Source of the DNA: Rickettsiales bacterium
Lineage (GTDB): Bacteria > Pseudomonadota > Alphaproteobacteria > Rickettsiales > JABCZZ01
NCBI GenBank assembly: GCA_035765535.1
Contig: DASTXE010000003.1
Coordinates: 388,516 to 452,515, forward strand
Direction: 5' to 3'
DNA length: 64,000 nucleotides
Shown: positions 28,242 to 37,810 of the stretch, piece after piece
Numbering within the stretch: position 1 is the first letter of the stretch
Layout: every line of letters begins with the position of its first letter
Notes under the pieces: model-generated
Databases searched by the model: none
The model's input: the letters and a program-made list of their open reading frames with translations, nothing else
Told to the model about the DNA's origin: nothing
Translations under genes and position numbers: made by a program

Positions 28242-28452
28242 GCATTCCCCGTAAAATACGGTTTTCTATGGGACAATCTCCACTATATGATATAAATGTT
28301 AATTTTCTGTTACTTGTGTCCTTGTTTGAGAGGCACCAGTTAACATTGTATGAATAACCATAGTCAAAGATTTGATGGTTCAGTATTTCTGCTTCAAATT
28401 CCTATCCGGATGACCTAGGAATAGCATCTCTTACAAACGAAAAGGAGGCCTT

Positions 28453-29004
28453 ATGCCCGCACTCACCACCCCTAAAGTCATTACCGGCTGGCCCGCGCCG
28501 AACTTCCGCCTGAAAGGGACGGACGGAAAATTTTACACGTTGGAAGACGCAAAAGGGCCTAAAGGGCTCGTGGTTATGTTTATCTGCAATCACTGCCCGT
28601 TCGTGCAGGCTGTGGCGGATAAGATTGCTCAGGACTGTAAGGCGTTAGCGCAACTGGGCGTGGGCAGCATCGCCATCATGTCCAACGATACAGAAAATTA
28701 TCCGGAAGACTCTTTCGAGAATATGGCTAAGTTCCAAAAGCAGCACGGCTTTGAATTTCCTTATGTGATCGACGAAACGCAGGCGGTTGCGAAGGAATAT
28801 GATGCTGTATGCACGCCGGATTTTTTCGGTTTTGATGCGAACCTCACGCTGCAATATCGCGGCAGGCTGGATTCTTCCGGCATGCAGCGCACGGCGGGCA
28901 ATCGCCGGGAGTTATTCGAAGCGATGGAGCAGGTTGCACAAACCGGCCATGGTCCCACCACACAGAATTCCAGTATCGGCTGCTCAATCAAGTGGCGGGA
29001 ATAG
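28453..29004 (+). CDS. Thioredoxin-fold (AhpC/TSA-like) protein
   Basis: AAAGGAGG precedes the ATG. The sequence APNFRLKGTDGKFYTLEDAKGPKGLVVMFICNHCPFV has a redoxin layout with a Cys-x-x-Cys-like NHCP site. Confidence 0.8.
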   Translation: MPALTTPKVITGWPAPNFRLKGTDGKFYTLEDAKGPKGLVVMFICNHCPFVQAVADKIAQDCKALAQLGVGSIAIMSNDTENYPEDSFENMAKFQKQHGFEFPYVIDETQAVAKEYDAVCTPDFFGFDANLTLQYRGRLDSSGMQRTAGNRRELFEAMEQVAQTGHGPTTQNSSIGCSIKWRE

Positions 29005-29109
29005 ATATTGCCGATAACCGTGTTGTTGCCGCTGATCCGCAAGCAAACCAACTTGTCTCCTGATATGCGTGTCTGTAAAATGATTCCTTACATCCAATAA
29101 GGGACAAGT

Positions 29110-29505
29110 ATGCAACGAAATCTTAAGAATATAGCGTGGTTTGTAGGCTTTGCGATAGCTTTCGCCGCCGTGCGTTACGGGCAGGCGGGTCCGGATCCAT
29201 TATTGCAGAAGGCCGCTGATAAGATAATGCCCGATTTGCCCCGGCAGATAGATATTGTAACAAGGCTGGATAGCGTCTCAGCCGGACCGGACAACCGCTT
29301 CACCTATAATTATACGCTGCTGAGCCCGGAAGGGGAAAAGCTGATACAGAACAATCAGGATATGCGTAAGGCAGAGATGCTGACGAAAGCTTGCGATGCC
29401 ATGCCGGACTTCCGGCGACTGGGCACAACGCTTGATTATAATTATAAAAACGCTGCCGGTAATAAACTTACCACGCTTGAGATCAGTCTGAAGGACTGTA
29501 AATAG
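29110..29505 (+). CDS. Hypothetical exported or anchored protein
   Basis: 131 aa with the N-terminal hydrophobic segment NIAWFVGFAIAFAAV. I recognise no domain. Confidence 0.55.
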   Translation: MQRNLKNIAWFVGFAIAFAAVRYGQAGPDPLLQKAADKIMPDLPRQIDIVTRLDSVSAGPDNRFTYNYTLLSPEGEKLIQNNQDMRKAEMLTKACDAMPDFRRLGTTLDYNYKNAAGNKLTTLEISLKDCK

Positions 29506-29548
29506 ATTACGCCTTCAGCTGACTCAAGTTGCAGTAGAGCTCTATAGC

Positions 29549-29971
29549 TTAATTCTTAGCAGAAGCTGCGCGATCCGCACGCGCTGCGTGTTTCTCTTCC
29601 GGTGCGAGGGTGATATTCATCGGCGAGTCATATTTGTTGTCTGCGCCGGTTGCAGAATCAACGCCCCATCCAATGAGCCCGCCTAATGCAATATTGCCAA
29701 ATGTGGCGCCTGCAATGCCAGAATGATTGAGGTAGGTGGTCTCCTGATAACCTTCTTTATTGCAGATGACTTTAATATCGTTCTTGGTTTTTTCGATATT
29801 GACACTGCCCGGTGTGGAATCAACGCTTCCTATAACGGTATCTTTCCGGTTCAAGGTGCACTTAGCACCTGCAGGATTGGTATTAATGGTTAATTGCTGT
29901 GATTTTCCCTCAATGATGGTGGAGCATGCGGCAGTGATAAGCAATAAAGGCAGAACGGCGAGTTTTTTCAT
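29549..29971 (-). CDS. Lipoprotein with C-terminal glycine-zipper-like segment
   Basis: Starts at the ATG at 29971 as MKKLAVLPLLLITAAC/STI, with a lipobox. GIAGATFGNIALGGLIGWGVDSATGA lies near the C-terminus. The track ORF is extended upstream to 30022. Confidence 0.7.
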   Translation of the reverse strand: MKKLAVLPLLLITAACSTIIEGKSQQLTINTNPAGAKCTLNRKDTVIGSVDSTPGSVNIEKTKNDIKVICNKEGYQETTYLNHSGIAGATFGNIALGGLIGWGVDSATGADNKYDSPMNITLAPEEKHAARADRAASAKN

Positions 29972-30067
29972 AAAAATATCATAAATGTAATTGTTAAAAG
30001 TGTAAGTAATACATAAATGCAATTAATAAAAAAGCAAGCGTTGGTTGTGTAAATAAAGTGATTTTGT

Positions 30068-30089
30068 ATCACAATAATATTATTGTGAT
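30068..30089. promoter_or_regulatory. Perfect 22-bp palindrome (candidate operator)
   Basis: ATCACAATAAT|ATTATTGTGAT lies about 97 nt upstream of the lipoprotein start at 29971. Its half-sites TCACAAT/ATTGTGA recur at 49649-49671. Confidence 0.45.
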
Positions 30090-30114
30090 TATTAAATATG
30101 TTAGTGGAAATGGC

Positions 30115-30654
30115 TTAAGTGCAGCCAGTTAACTGGCGCTCCGCCAGCACATCCAGCGGCTTCTGAAGATTGATAAGTCCAATGTTGCTTATTAACGCTT
30201 CCAACGGGTGCCAGAGTTGCTTCGCGAGTGTCAGGGCCATCTGAAACGACTGCAGATCCATGCCTTTCGCCAGTGTCACATGCGGATGCCAGTGTGCGGC
30301 ATCACTGTATGTGGATGGGAATACGTAGTGTGGAAAATGTTGCTGGCAGGAAATAAACTGCTGCTGCAGCATCTGCGAAGGAGAAGGCTCCGCATAGACA
30401 ACATGATTACGGCCTTGAAAGACATTAATCTGTTGAAGGGTGATGGCGAAACGGCTTACACTTTCTGCGTAAGCCGCAAAGAGCTGCTGGATTTCTGATA
30501 AATCTGAACCATTGAACACGAGCAAGGTAAGATGAGGCCGCATCTTACCGGTAATGCTTGGCAGACCGGGAATATCCGATGCTAACCGCTCACGCAGGCT
30601 TTGCAGCCGTTTCTCTGTTTCCGGGTCAAAACAGAAATAAATCCCGTAGCGCAT
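30115..30654 (-). CDS. 2H phosphoesterase superfamily protein (LigT / 2'-5' RNA ligase-like)
   Basis: Two H-x-T-x motifs at the correct spacing: RPHLTLLVF and HPHVTLAKG. Confidence 0.8.
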   Translation of the reverse strand: MRYGIYFCFDPETEKRLQSLRERLASDIPGLPSITGKMRPHLTLLVFNGSDLSEIQQLFAAYAESVSRFAITLQQINVFQGRNHVVYAEPSPSQMLQQQFISCQQHFPHYVFPSTYSDAAHWHPHVTLAKGMDLQSFQMALTLAKQLWHPLEALISNIGLINLQKPLDVLAERQLTGCT

Positions 30655-30683
30655 GGGTGTGCCTCCCTTGCGGTAGAGAATAA

Positions 30684-30848
30684 CTAGCGGCTCAGGTTAG
30701 CGGAAACTTTATTGAATGTGTTCGTAAGGTTGCCGCCAACAGCGCGAATGGCAACAATAGCTGCGATGGAAATAAGCGCTGCGATCAAGCCGTATTCGAT
30801 AGCAGTTGCACCATTTTCGTTACGCAGGCATTCTAAAAGCATTTTCAT
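30684..30848 (-). CDS. flp: Flp/Fap-family type IVb pilin subunit (54 aa)
   Basis: My translation is MKMLLECLRNENG/ATAIEYGLIAALISIAAIVAIRAVGGNLTNTFNKVSANLSR. It has the G/xxxxEY Flp processing motif followed by a hydrophobic helix. AGGA lies about 10 nt upstream. It is absent from the ORF track because it is under 60 aa. Confidence 0.85.
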   Translation of the reverse strand: MKMLLECLRNENGATAIEYGLIAALISIAAIVAIRAVGGNLTNTFNKVSANLSR

Positions 30849-30919
30849 AATCAATATCCTATGAGCAATTATATTAATAATTAATATACAAAAATTCTAT
30901 AAATACAAGACAGCGCTGC

Positions 30920-31438
30920 TTATTTCAAAGCAGGCTTCTGGGCAGGCGTGCCGTTCCAGCTTGCAGGAGCGACGACGGAGATGGCGGTCATAGGCGAGCC
31001 GTTAATGATCTTCGTGGTGCGGGCTACGTAAATAAGAGAGCCGTTTTCCTGGTCATAGAGCCGATTTATTTTCAATGTCTTGAAAATAAACGAACGGCTT
31101 TCATCGAACACTTCTTCGCCTTTTTCACCGGGTTCGATACTGTCGCTATAGGTAATGGCCCCGGTCTGCACGCACGAAACGCTGGCGATAGAAGGATCTT
31201 CTGCGAGTCCTAACCCGCCTTTAATCCCACCGGTCCTTGGGCGGGCGATATAACAGGTTACCCCCTTGACTTTCGGATCGGTAAAGGCGGAAACAACGAT
31301 TTTGTGATTCGGCCCTAGAAGTTTGAATTCGGTGCTGATCGCCCCGATATCGCGGGTGGAGTCTGCAAAAGTCGAATCGGCTGCTCCTATGCAGGCCAGA
31401 GAGATAAAGGCAAAAGCCGCCTGTTTGAAAATATGCAT
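30920..31438 (-). CDS. creA: CreA-family exported protein
   Basis: Has a signal peptide, then IGAISTEFKLLGPNHKIVVSAFTDPKVKGVTCYIARPRTGGIKGGLGLAEDPS, which is characteristic of CreA (PF05981-like). Confidence 0.85.
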   Translation of the reverse strand: MHIFKQAAFAFISLACIGAADSTFADSTRDIGAISTEFKLLGPNHKIVVSAFTDPKVKGVTCYIARPRTGGIKGGLGLAEDPSIASVSCVQTGAITYSDSIEPGEKGEEVFDESRSFIFKTLKINRLYDQENGSLIYVARTTKIINGSPMTAISVVAPASWNGTPAQKPALK

Positions 31439-31582
31439 CCTATTCTCCTGTTAATGAATAAGGGCTAAACATAATGCGCTTGCCGCAGGAAGTAAAATAA
31501 GAACATCCTTATAAAATTGCGGTGGCCGCTGATTTGATATGAATAGCAATCCATGCTAGAATAACGGAAAAAGGAGGCTGTC

Positions 31583-31969
31583 ATGAAACGTTTTTTGTTG
31601 TTTCTTCCATCCATTCTCCTGCTGGCAGGCTGCATGGCAAACAATTATGTTCCGCCCTGGACCTTCTACGACCAGTGCGCACAGCAACTCTCCTCTTTCT
31701 CCGCCATAGCCAATTGCGGGGAAACTAAGCGCAATGCATGGTGCACGGAGCATCAGAATTGCACGTCGAACGACAATGCATTCGTAGCCTATACGGATAG
31801 CCTCGTGGCATCGGTTAAAAGCGGTGAAATGACGCAGGAAGAGGCCAGAAGGAAGTGGATCGAGTTTCGGGCAAATCAGGTAAATGCTTATCAGCAGCAA
31901 CAGATGATGACGGCTCCAAGGCAACCCATGACCTGTTTCTCCAACGGCCCCATTGTGAATTGCTACTAA
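31583..31969 (+). CDS. Hypothetical lipoprotein
   Basis: AAGGAGG precedes the ATG. Starts MKRFLLFLPSILLLAGC/MANN, with a lipobox. Confidence 0.65.
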   Translation: MKRFLLFLPSILLLAGCMANNYVPPWTFYDQCAQQLSSFSAIANCGETKRNAWCTEHQNCTSNDNAFVAYTDSLVASVKSGEMTQEEARRKWIEFRANQVNAYQQQQMMTAPRQPMTCFSNGPIVNCY

Positions 31970-32073
31970 GTCCTGCTAATGGAATCATTATTAAATAGGA
32001 TCGCCCCGCCTATAACTTCCTGATGGAAAATAGTGGCATAGTGCAATGCCATTAAAAAAAGAAAGGGCTTACT

Positions 32074-32490
32074 ATGAAGAAATTACTTTCCGTGCTGGCT
32101 TTGCTGGCAACCGTATCTTCTGTAGCGCCGGCAATAGCGCAGGATGCGGGCAATGATATGAATGCCGACCGACAGGCAATCAGGAACGATATGAAAGCGA
32201 TCAATCAGGAAGGACAGGCCATCAAAGACGAAAAAGCCAATTATAACCGCGATCAGATCCGTTATAACGAGGAGATGAAAGAACGTGCGGCCGCTCTGAA
32301 GAAAGGCGACAAGGCGGAAGCAGCTAGACTGGACCAGCAGATCGACAAGCAAAAACGCGATCTCTACAGGAACCGTCAGGATATCCTGCACCAGGAAGCG
32401 GATATCGACAGGCAGCGTCAGGATGCCGCCCGCCAGAAGGACGATATACGCAAAGACATGCATAACCTGCAGCAGCCCGCTACGCGCTAA
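32074..32490 (+). CDS. Secreted, highly charged coiled-coil protein
   Basis: The signal peptide is MKKLLSVLALLATVSSVAPAIA/QD. The rest is D/R/Q/K-rich with reiterated R(Q/N)D(I/M) units. Confidence 0.6.
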   Translation: MKKLLSVLALLATVSSVAPAIAQDAGNDMNADRQAIRNDMKAINQEGQAIKDEKANYNRDQIRYNEEMKERAAALKKGDKAEAARLDQQIDKQKRDLYRNRQDILHQEADIDRQRQDAARQKDDIRKDMHNLQQPATR

Positions 32491-32513
32491 CGCTGGCGGT
32501 TATATTCAAGAAA

Positions 32514-32541
32514 GCGGCTCCGAACAGGAGCCGCTTTTTTT
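32514..32541 (+). terminator. Rho-independent terminator (usable from both directions)
   Basis: GCGGCTCC-GAACA-GGAGCCGC is followed by T7. An A-rich tract on the other side faces the convergent TonB-dependent receptor (TBDR) gene. Confidence 0.8.
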
Positions 32542-32557
32542 GCGTCTTAAACGGTTT

Positions 32558-34603
32558 CTATAACTTCCACTTCAGCCCGAGATAGACCGCACGGCCTTCA
32601 CCGGGATAGAAGTAATTGCCGTCATGTCCGGAAGCGTCCGGAATAACATTATAGGTAGCAATATAGTTTGTATTCGCGAGATTGCGGCCTTCAAGATAGA
32701 TACCGTAATTCTGATCCGGGCTTTCCCAGAAAGCACGAGCGCCATAAATAGCATAACCGTCCGCATAAAGCGTATTGGCAAGATCGATCGGCGATGCGGT
32801 CGGCGACCATTCGACATTAGGGCCGAAACTGATGCCGGAAGCAAGGCGGTACAGCATCTCGGCGCGCAAATAATGTTCCGGTACGCCGGGAACGGTGTTA
32901 TTGCCGTATAGGGGATCATGATTGAGTGTAAAGCGGCTGAAAGTGTAGGCGGTACGCAGCACAAGCGCATCGTTCTTCATCCAGATATTCTGTTTTATAT
33001 CCCCGTCCAGCCCCAGTTCGATGCCGTCCTTGCGGGTGCGCGGCGCATTGATGGTGGCGGTGTCGCCGTCCGCGAAACGATATTGCACGAACTCATTGGT
33101 AAGCCAGCTATGGTAATAAGCTGCCTGCCAGTGCAGCTTGCCTTGCGTTCCTCTGCCGCCCACTTCCGCGGTTGTGGCGCGCTGGGCGCGCAGGTAACTG
33201 AAACCCGGCACATTGCCGCCCGAAAGCTCGCTCCAGGTGGGCGGCTCGAAACTACGGCTCAAATTGGTAAAGAGCTGTGTACCGTCCGCCATGTCATAAC
33301 GTAGTCCGATGCGAGGGCTGAAACCCCGATAGCTTTCATTCTGTGAAGCGATAGAGGGAAAGCCCTGATGGATGTCGCGCATGGCATAAGAAGTCTGCAT
33401 GCCACCGATCGCATAGAGCGCGCCTGCCACATGCTGCTGGTATTGCGCATACCCTTCGGCAGTGTAGGCATAGAGCGAGCGGTTTAGAATGCGCGAGCCT
33501 GCAACGGCGGCATTATTCTGGTAACGTGTTTCGCCTGCATTGCCGTAATAGTGATTGAATCCCATAAGCCACTGGTTGAGGCCCGACTGATGCGTATATT
33601 CCATGCGCATGCCGGTATCGTTATTCTGCTGGAACTCAAAGGTCGTCACTGGATTGACGAGCGTACGGTAGGTATAATACAGCGTCGTCTCCACATGATC
33701 ATTGCCTTTGTCCCATACGCTCTGATCCGCAAGCCGGGTAATATCCAGGTTGCGCTGGTAGTTGCCGGAGAGATTGCGAGGATTGGCCTGCTCGGGATTG
33801 CGTGCGCTCATGGCAAGCGAAATGGCTCCGGGAATATCCGCGTCGGCGGTCGTGTGGCTTGCATAAATGCGATTGGCAAAATGGTCGCTGACCTGCCAGC
33901 CCAGATTCATATTCTGTCGTTGTGTCCGCTGTTCGTTCTGGTCACGGAAGCCCTGCTGGAAAAAACCTGTCGCAGAAGCAAATATATCGCCGCCATTCCA
34001 TGTCTTCCCTGCAGCAAGCTGGCCGTGCAGGGTACCGAAGCTTCCGCCTTCCGCCCGTGCATAATAGCCATTTTCCGTGGCGCCTGTAGGCGTAATGAAA
34101 TTGATAGCGCCGCCAAGTGTGCTGGAGCCGTATTTAAGCGCATCCGCCCCGGGATAAACGGCGGCATATTGGATAAGCCATGGGTCGATGACGGGAAACT
34201 CGAACTCTCCGTCCGCCATATTGATGGGAATGCCGTCCTGCATGATCAGCAGCCCGCGTCCTTGAAAAGTATTGGCCAACCCCGAGCCGCGCATGGAAAG
34301 GCGGAAAGACTCCGCACCGTCATGCGGCTGGTCGATGATGCCCGGAATGTAATCCGTAATATCCTTGATCGTGGTGGCGCGCTGGTTGCTCCAGGCCTTA
34401 TCGTCCGTGAAGGAAGTGCCTCCGGGCGCGTTCAGCACTTGCTCCTCTTCCTGCCGCGCTTCATTCACCGTGACAGGTTTAGGCAGCGGATTGATAGTGA
34501 TCTTAGTGACATCAGCCCGCCCCAGGCAGGGAGTCAGTTGCGCCATGGTACATAGAACAATGCCGGACATCCGCCTTATTGTTTTTTTACGCAAGCAGGA
34601 CAT
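32558..34603 (-). CDS. TonB-dependent outer-membrane receptor
   Basis: 681 aa. The plug region has TTIKDITDYIPGIIDQP...RGSGL...LLIMQDGIPIN. The beta-barrel repeats end in ...AVYLGLKWKL. Confidence 0.88.
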   Translation of the reverse strand: MSCLRKKTIRRMSGIVLCTMAQLTPCLGRADVTKITINPLPKPVTVNEARQEEEQVLNAPGGTSFTDDKAWSNQRATTIKDITDYIPGIIDQPHDGAESFRLSMRGSGLANTFQGRGLLIMQDGIPINMADGEFEFPVIDPWLIQYAAVYPGADALKYGSSTLGGAINFITPTGATENGYYARAEGGSFGTLHGQLAAGKTWNGGDIFASATGFFQQGFRDQNEQRTQRQNMNLGWQVSDHFANRIYASHTTADADIPGAISLAMSARNPEQANPRNLSGNYQRNLDITRLADQSVWDKGNDHVETTLYYTYRTLVNPVTTFEFQQNNDTGMRMEYTHQSGLNQWLMGFNHYYGNAGETRYQNNAAVAGSRILNRSLYAYTAEGYAQYQQHVAGALYAIGGMQTSYAMRDIHQGFPSIASQNESYRGFSPRIGLRYDMADGTQLFTNLSRSFEPPTWSELSGGNVPGFSYLRAQRATTAEVGGRGTQGKLHWQAAYYHSWLTNEFVQYRFADGDTATINAPRTRKDGIELGLDGDIKQNIWMKNDALVLRTAYTFSRFTLNHDPLYGNNTVPGVPEHYLRAEMLYRLASGISFGPNVEWSPTASPIDLANTLYADGYAIYGARAFWESPDQNYGIYLEGRNLANTNYIATYNVIPDASGHDGNYFYPGEGRAVYLGLKWKL

Positions 34604-34679
34604 TTCGTTACTGAAGTCTTAGGGAGGTTACTTGAATATTTGAGCCCAAATTATTTAACAAACAAATAAAGAATCTATT

Positions 34680-37127
34680 ATGGACACCCAGAATAAATTT
34701 TTATTTTCACGGCGCAATATTATTTCCGTACCGGGTATTACTGGTTTGGTGGTCGCCTTGATCGGGCTTACGCTGCTCGTGCTGGGTGCAAAACTGGTGA
34801 TGCTCGGCGGTAGCTGGTATTACGCCATTACCGGTGCGTTGCTGATTCTTTCCGGCCTGCTCGTAACTGCGCGCAAGAAAGAGGGCCTCTGGCTCTATGC
34901 ACTTATTCTGCTTGGCACGGTGATCTGGGCGATATGGGAAGTGGGACTGGACGGCTGGAAGCTCCTGCCGCGCGTCTTTGCGCCTGCCATCATTGGCATA
35001 TGGCTTTACCTGCCCTGGGTTGCGGGCAGGATGCAGGGAATTCAGGGAAATGCACAACGCAGGAAATGCTATATTTGGGCAGGAACAACGGCTTGCTTCG
35101 TATTGGCAGCTTCTGTGATAATTTTGGGATACCGTGTTTCTGCACCGGAATACCAACGCCCCGGTACAATGGGGCAGCAAACCGCTACAGCGCAGCCGGT
35201 TCCCCCCGTGGCTGACGATGAATGGCTTTATTACGGCCGCACGGCTGATGGTGATCGTTTTTCACCTCTGGCACAAATCACGCCTGAGAATGTTTCGAAG
35301 TTAAAGGTTGCATGGCAATTCCGCACGGGCGATCTGCCAACGCAGAAGGATATCGAAAAGGGAAAAGAATTCAGTTTCGAAGCAACGCCGATCAAAGTGC
35401 ATGATAATCTCTATTTCTGCACGCCCCATCGCCATATCATTTCTCTCAATGCCACTACGGGCAAGAAGAATTGGGAATTCGATCCTCACAGTGAAACCTC
35501 GCACTCCATATTTGTGACATGCCGCGGAGTTGCTTACTCCGAAAACATGGCAAGCGCTGAATGTCCGCGCCGCATTATTTCCGGCACGGGAAGCGCCAGC
35601 TTGGTGGCGCTGAATGCGGATACAGGGGAGTTATGTCAGGGCTTTGGCAATAAGGGGTATGTAAGCCTGACCGAGCATATGGGAGAAGTGCCTCCGGGCT
35701 TTCATTTCATCAGTTCGCAGCCGATGGTGGTGGATAACCGCGTTATCGTGGGCGGGTGGATATATGATAACGAGGCAGAGGGTGAACCCTCAGGCGTGGT
35801 GCGGGCTTATGATTCAACAACGGGCGCGCTGGTTTGGTCGTGGGATCTGGGGCGCGCAGACCCGACAGCGCCGCTGAAACCGGGTGAGCATTTTACCCGC
35901 GGCACGCCAAACGCATGGGGAACATTGACCGCCGATGCTGCGCTTGGTCTGGTGTATTTGCCCATGGGTAACGCCACCCCGGATTATTTCGGTGGCAAGC
36001 GCCGTCCGTTTGACGACAAATATTCCAGCGCTGTCGTAGCGCTGAACATCGCAACGGGGAAGGAGCGCTGGCATTTCCAGACCGTGCATCACGATCTGTG
36101 GGACTTTGATCTGCCCATCGGCCCTTCGCTCGTGGACTTGAATACTCCTGCAGGTACTATCCCCGCGCTGGTGCAGACGACAAAGCGCGGGGAGTTTTTC
36201 CTGCTCGACCGCCGTAACGGAAAGCCTCTGACACAGATTGAGGAAAGACCCGTGCCGCAAAAGCCTGCGTCGGGAGAATATCTGTCGCCGACCCAGCCTT
36301 ATCCTGTCGGATTTCCATCTCTCGCTCCTGCGGACGTGACGGAAAAAGGCACATGGGGTGCGACACCTATCGACCAGCTTCTGTGCCGTATCGATTTTCG
36401 TGAGCGCCGGTATGACGGACAGTTCACGCCGCCCACTGTAGGAAAATACCTGGCTTATCCCGCATTCTTCGGGGTGACGGACTGGTTCGGCGCTTCGATC
36501 GATCCTGCGCGCAAGCTGTTGATTTCCAACTCCAGCTACTTGCCAATGGTCATGCACTACATGACGCAGGAGGAGGCACTCAAAGAAGGCAAGGTTCTGC
36601 CGTGGCAGGGCTGGGGCCATCCTGTGCCGAAGCTGCTTAACGTATCTTACAATCCGCAATATGGCACCCCTTATGCGATTGAGATCGAACCCTGGCTGAA
36701 CTATCTCGGCGTGCCCTGTATTGCACCGCCCTGGGGTAAACTTACGGCCATCGATCTGGACAAGCGTAAAGTCGTATGGCAGCGCCTGCTCGGAACCACC
36801 TATGGCAGCGGCCTGTTCCGCACGCACTTTGGTCCCGCATTGCCGACCGGAATATTCAATATGGGAGGTAATATAATTACCGCAAGCGGCCTTGTCTTTA
36901 TCTCAGCCACTGCCGATGACGATTTCCGCGCCTTCGATGAGGGAACCGGAAAAATGCTCTGGCGGGATCACCTGCCCGCAGGGGGGAACGCAACGCCTAT
37001 GACCTATAAAGGTAGCGACGGGCGGCAGTATATTGTGATTGCTGCAGGCGGACATGGGGGGCTGCAGACATTATCGGGTGATTATGTCATCGCCTATGCG
37101 CTGCCCGATACAAACAAGGCACAATAA
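34680..37127 (+). CDS. gcd: Membrane-bound PQQ-dependent glucose (aldose) dehydrogenase
   Basis: About five N-terminal TM helices are followed by a PQQ beta-propeller (DDEWLYYGRTADGDRFSPLAQI plus recurrent W-motif repeats). At 815 aa the length is typical of Gcd. Confidence 0.88.
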   Translation: MDTQNKFLFSRRNIISVPGITGLVVALIGLTLLVLGAKLVMLGGSWYYAITGALLILSGLLVTARKKEGLWLYALILLGTVIWAIWEVGLDGWKLLPRVFAPAIIGIWLYLPWVAGRMQGIQGNAQRRKCYIWAGTTACFVLAASVIILGYRVSAPEYQRPGTMGQQTATAQPVPPVADDEWLYYGRTADGDRFSPLAQITPENVSKLKVAWQFRTGDLPTQKDIEKGKEFSFEATPIKVHDNLYFCTPHRHIISLNATTGKKNWEFDPHSETSHSIFVTCRGVAYSENMASAECPRRIISGTGSASLVALNADTGELCQGFGNKGYVSLTEHMGEVPPGFHFISSQPMVVDNRVIVGGWIYDNEAEGEPSGVVRAYDSTTGALVWSWDLGRADPTAPLKPGEHFTRGTPNAWGTLTADAALGLVYLPMGNATPDYFGGKRRPFDDKYSSAVVALNIATGKERWHFQTVHHDLWDFDLPIGPSLVDLNTPAGTIPALVQTTKRGEFFLLDRRNGKPLTQIEERPVPQKPASGEYLSPTQPYPVGFPSLAPADVTEKGTWGATPIDQLLCRIDFRERRYDGQFTPPTVGKYLAYPAFFGVTDWFGASIDPARKLLISNSSYLPMVMHYMTQEEALKEGKVLPWQGWGHPVPKLLNVSYNPQYGTPYAIEIEPWLNYLGVPCIAPPWGKLTAIDLDKRKVVWQRLLGTTYGSGLFRTHFGPALPTGIFNMGGNIITASGLVFISATADDDFRAFDEGTGKMLWRDHLPAGGNATPMTYKGSDGRQYIVIAAGGHGGLQTLSGDYVIAYALPDTNKAQ

Positions 37128-37147
37128 GGTGATCCAGCGAGGGAAGT

Positions 37148-37738
37148 ATGCCCAAGATACATTGGATTGCCGGTGGAATAATTGCGCTCGTGACAGCAAG
37201 TATCCTGCTGTTTACCTTCTCGGGAAATAAGTGGGAATTGAGGAATGTAAAGGGCCGCGTATCGGATCTGCATTTCTCGCTTATCGATGATACCGGAAAA
37301 CATGTGAATGAAGGAAACTATCGCGGTAATATTCTGCTGCTGTATTTCGGATTCACAGGCTGCCCGCAGCAATGCTCGTTGACGCTCGAACGGCTTAACC
37401 ATGTGCTTTCGCAATTGGGAAATGATGCGAACTACGTACAGGTGCTGTTTGTCAGCATCAATCCTGCAAATGATACTTCCCCTGTGCTGCATAACTACCT
37501 GGCACGTTTTCATTCATCCAATATTACGGGATTGACAGGCAGCGAGAGCGAAATCAAGCAGCTTGCCCTGCGTCTGCATGCTACGCATAAACCCGGCAGC
37601 CGGGATAGCGGCGATCTGCCGCATAGCAGCGCTGTGTATATTTTTAATGCGGCAGGAAAGGCGCGGCTGCTGGCAACCCCGGAAGATACAGATGAAAAGA
37701 TCGTGCATGACCTGCGGCGTATGATTCACGCAAGTTAG
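37148..37738 (+). CDS. SCO1/SenC-family copper chaperone / thiol-disulfide oxidoreductase
   Basis: Has a TM anchor, then LLLYFGFTGCPQQC (CxxxC) and the conserved distal His in PHSSAVYIF. Confidence 0.85.
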   Translation: MPKIHWIAGGIIALVTASILLFTFSGNKWELRNVKGRVSDLHFSLIDDTGKHVNEGNYRGNILLLYFGFTGCPQQCSLTLERLNHVLSQLGNDANYVQVLFVSINPANDTSPVLHNYLARFHSSNITGLTGSESEIKQLALRLHATHKPGSRDSGDLPHSSAVYIFNAAGKARLLATPEDTDEKIVHDLRRMIHAS

Positions 37739-37810
37739 GGTAATTAGGAGTGGATTTTCATGTGTGTGCAGGTAGATTAGCTGCACGCATCAGGCAATTT
37801 CTCCATCAAT

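Noticed and set aside
34604-34679. Possible Fur box or cobalamin/TPP riboswitch upstream of the two TonB-dependent receptors. I also checked 49580-49830.
   Set aside because: The leaders are too short or lack the conserved riboswitch cores. AT-rich stretches such as AATTGTTATTAAT only loosely resemble the Fur consensus, so I make no call.
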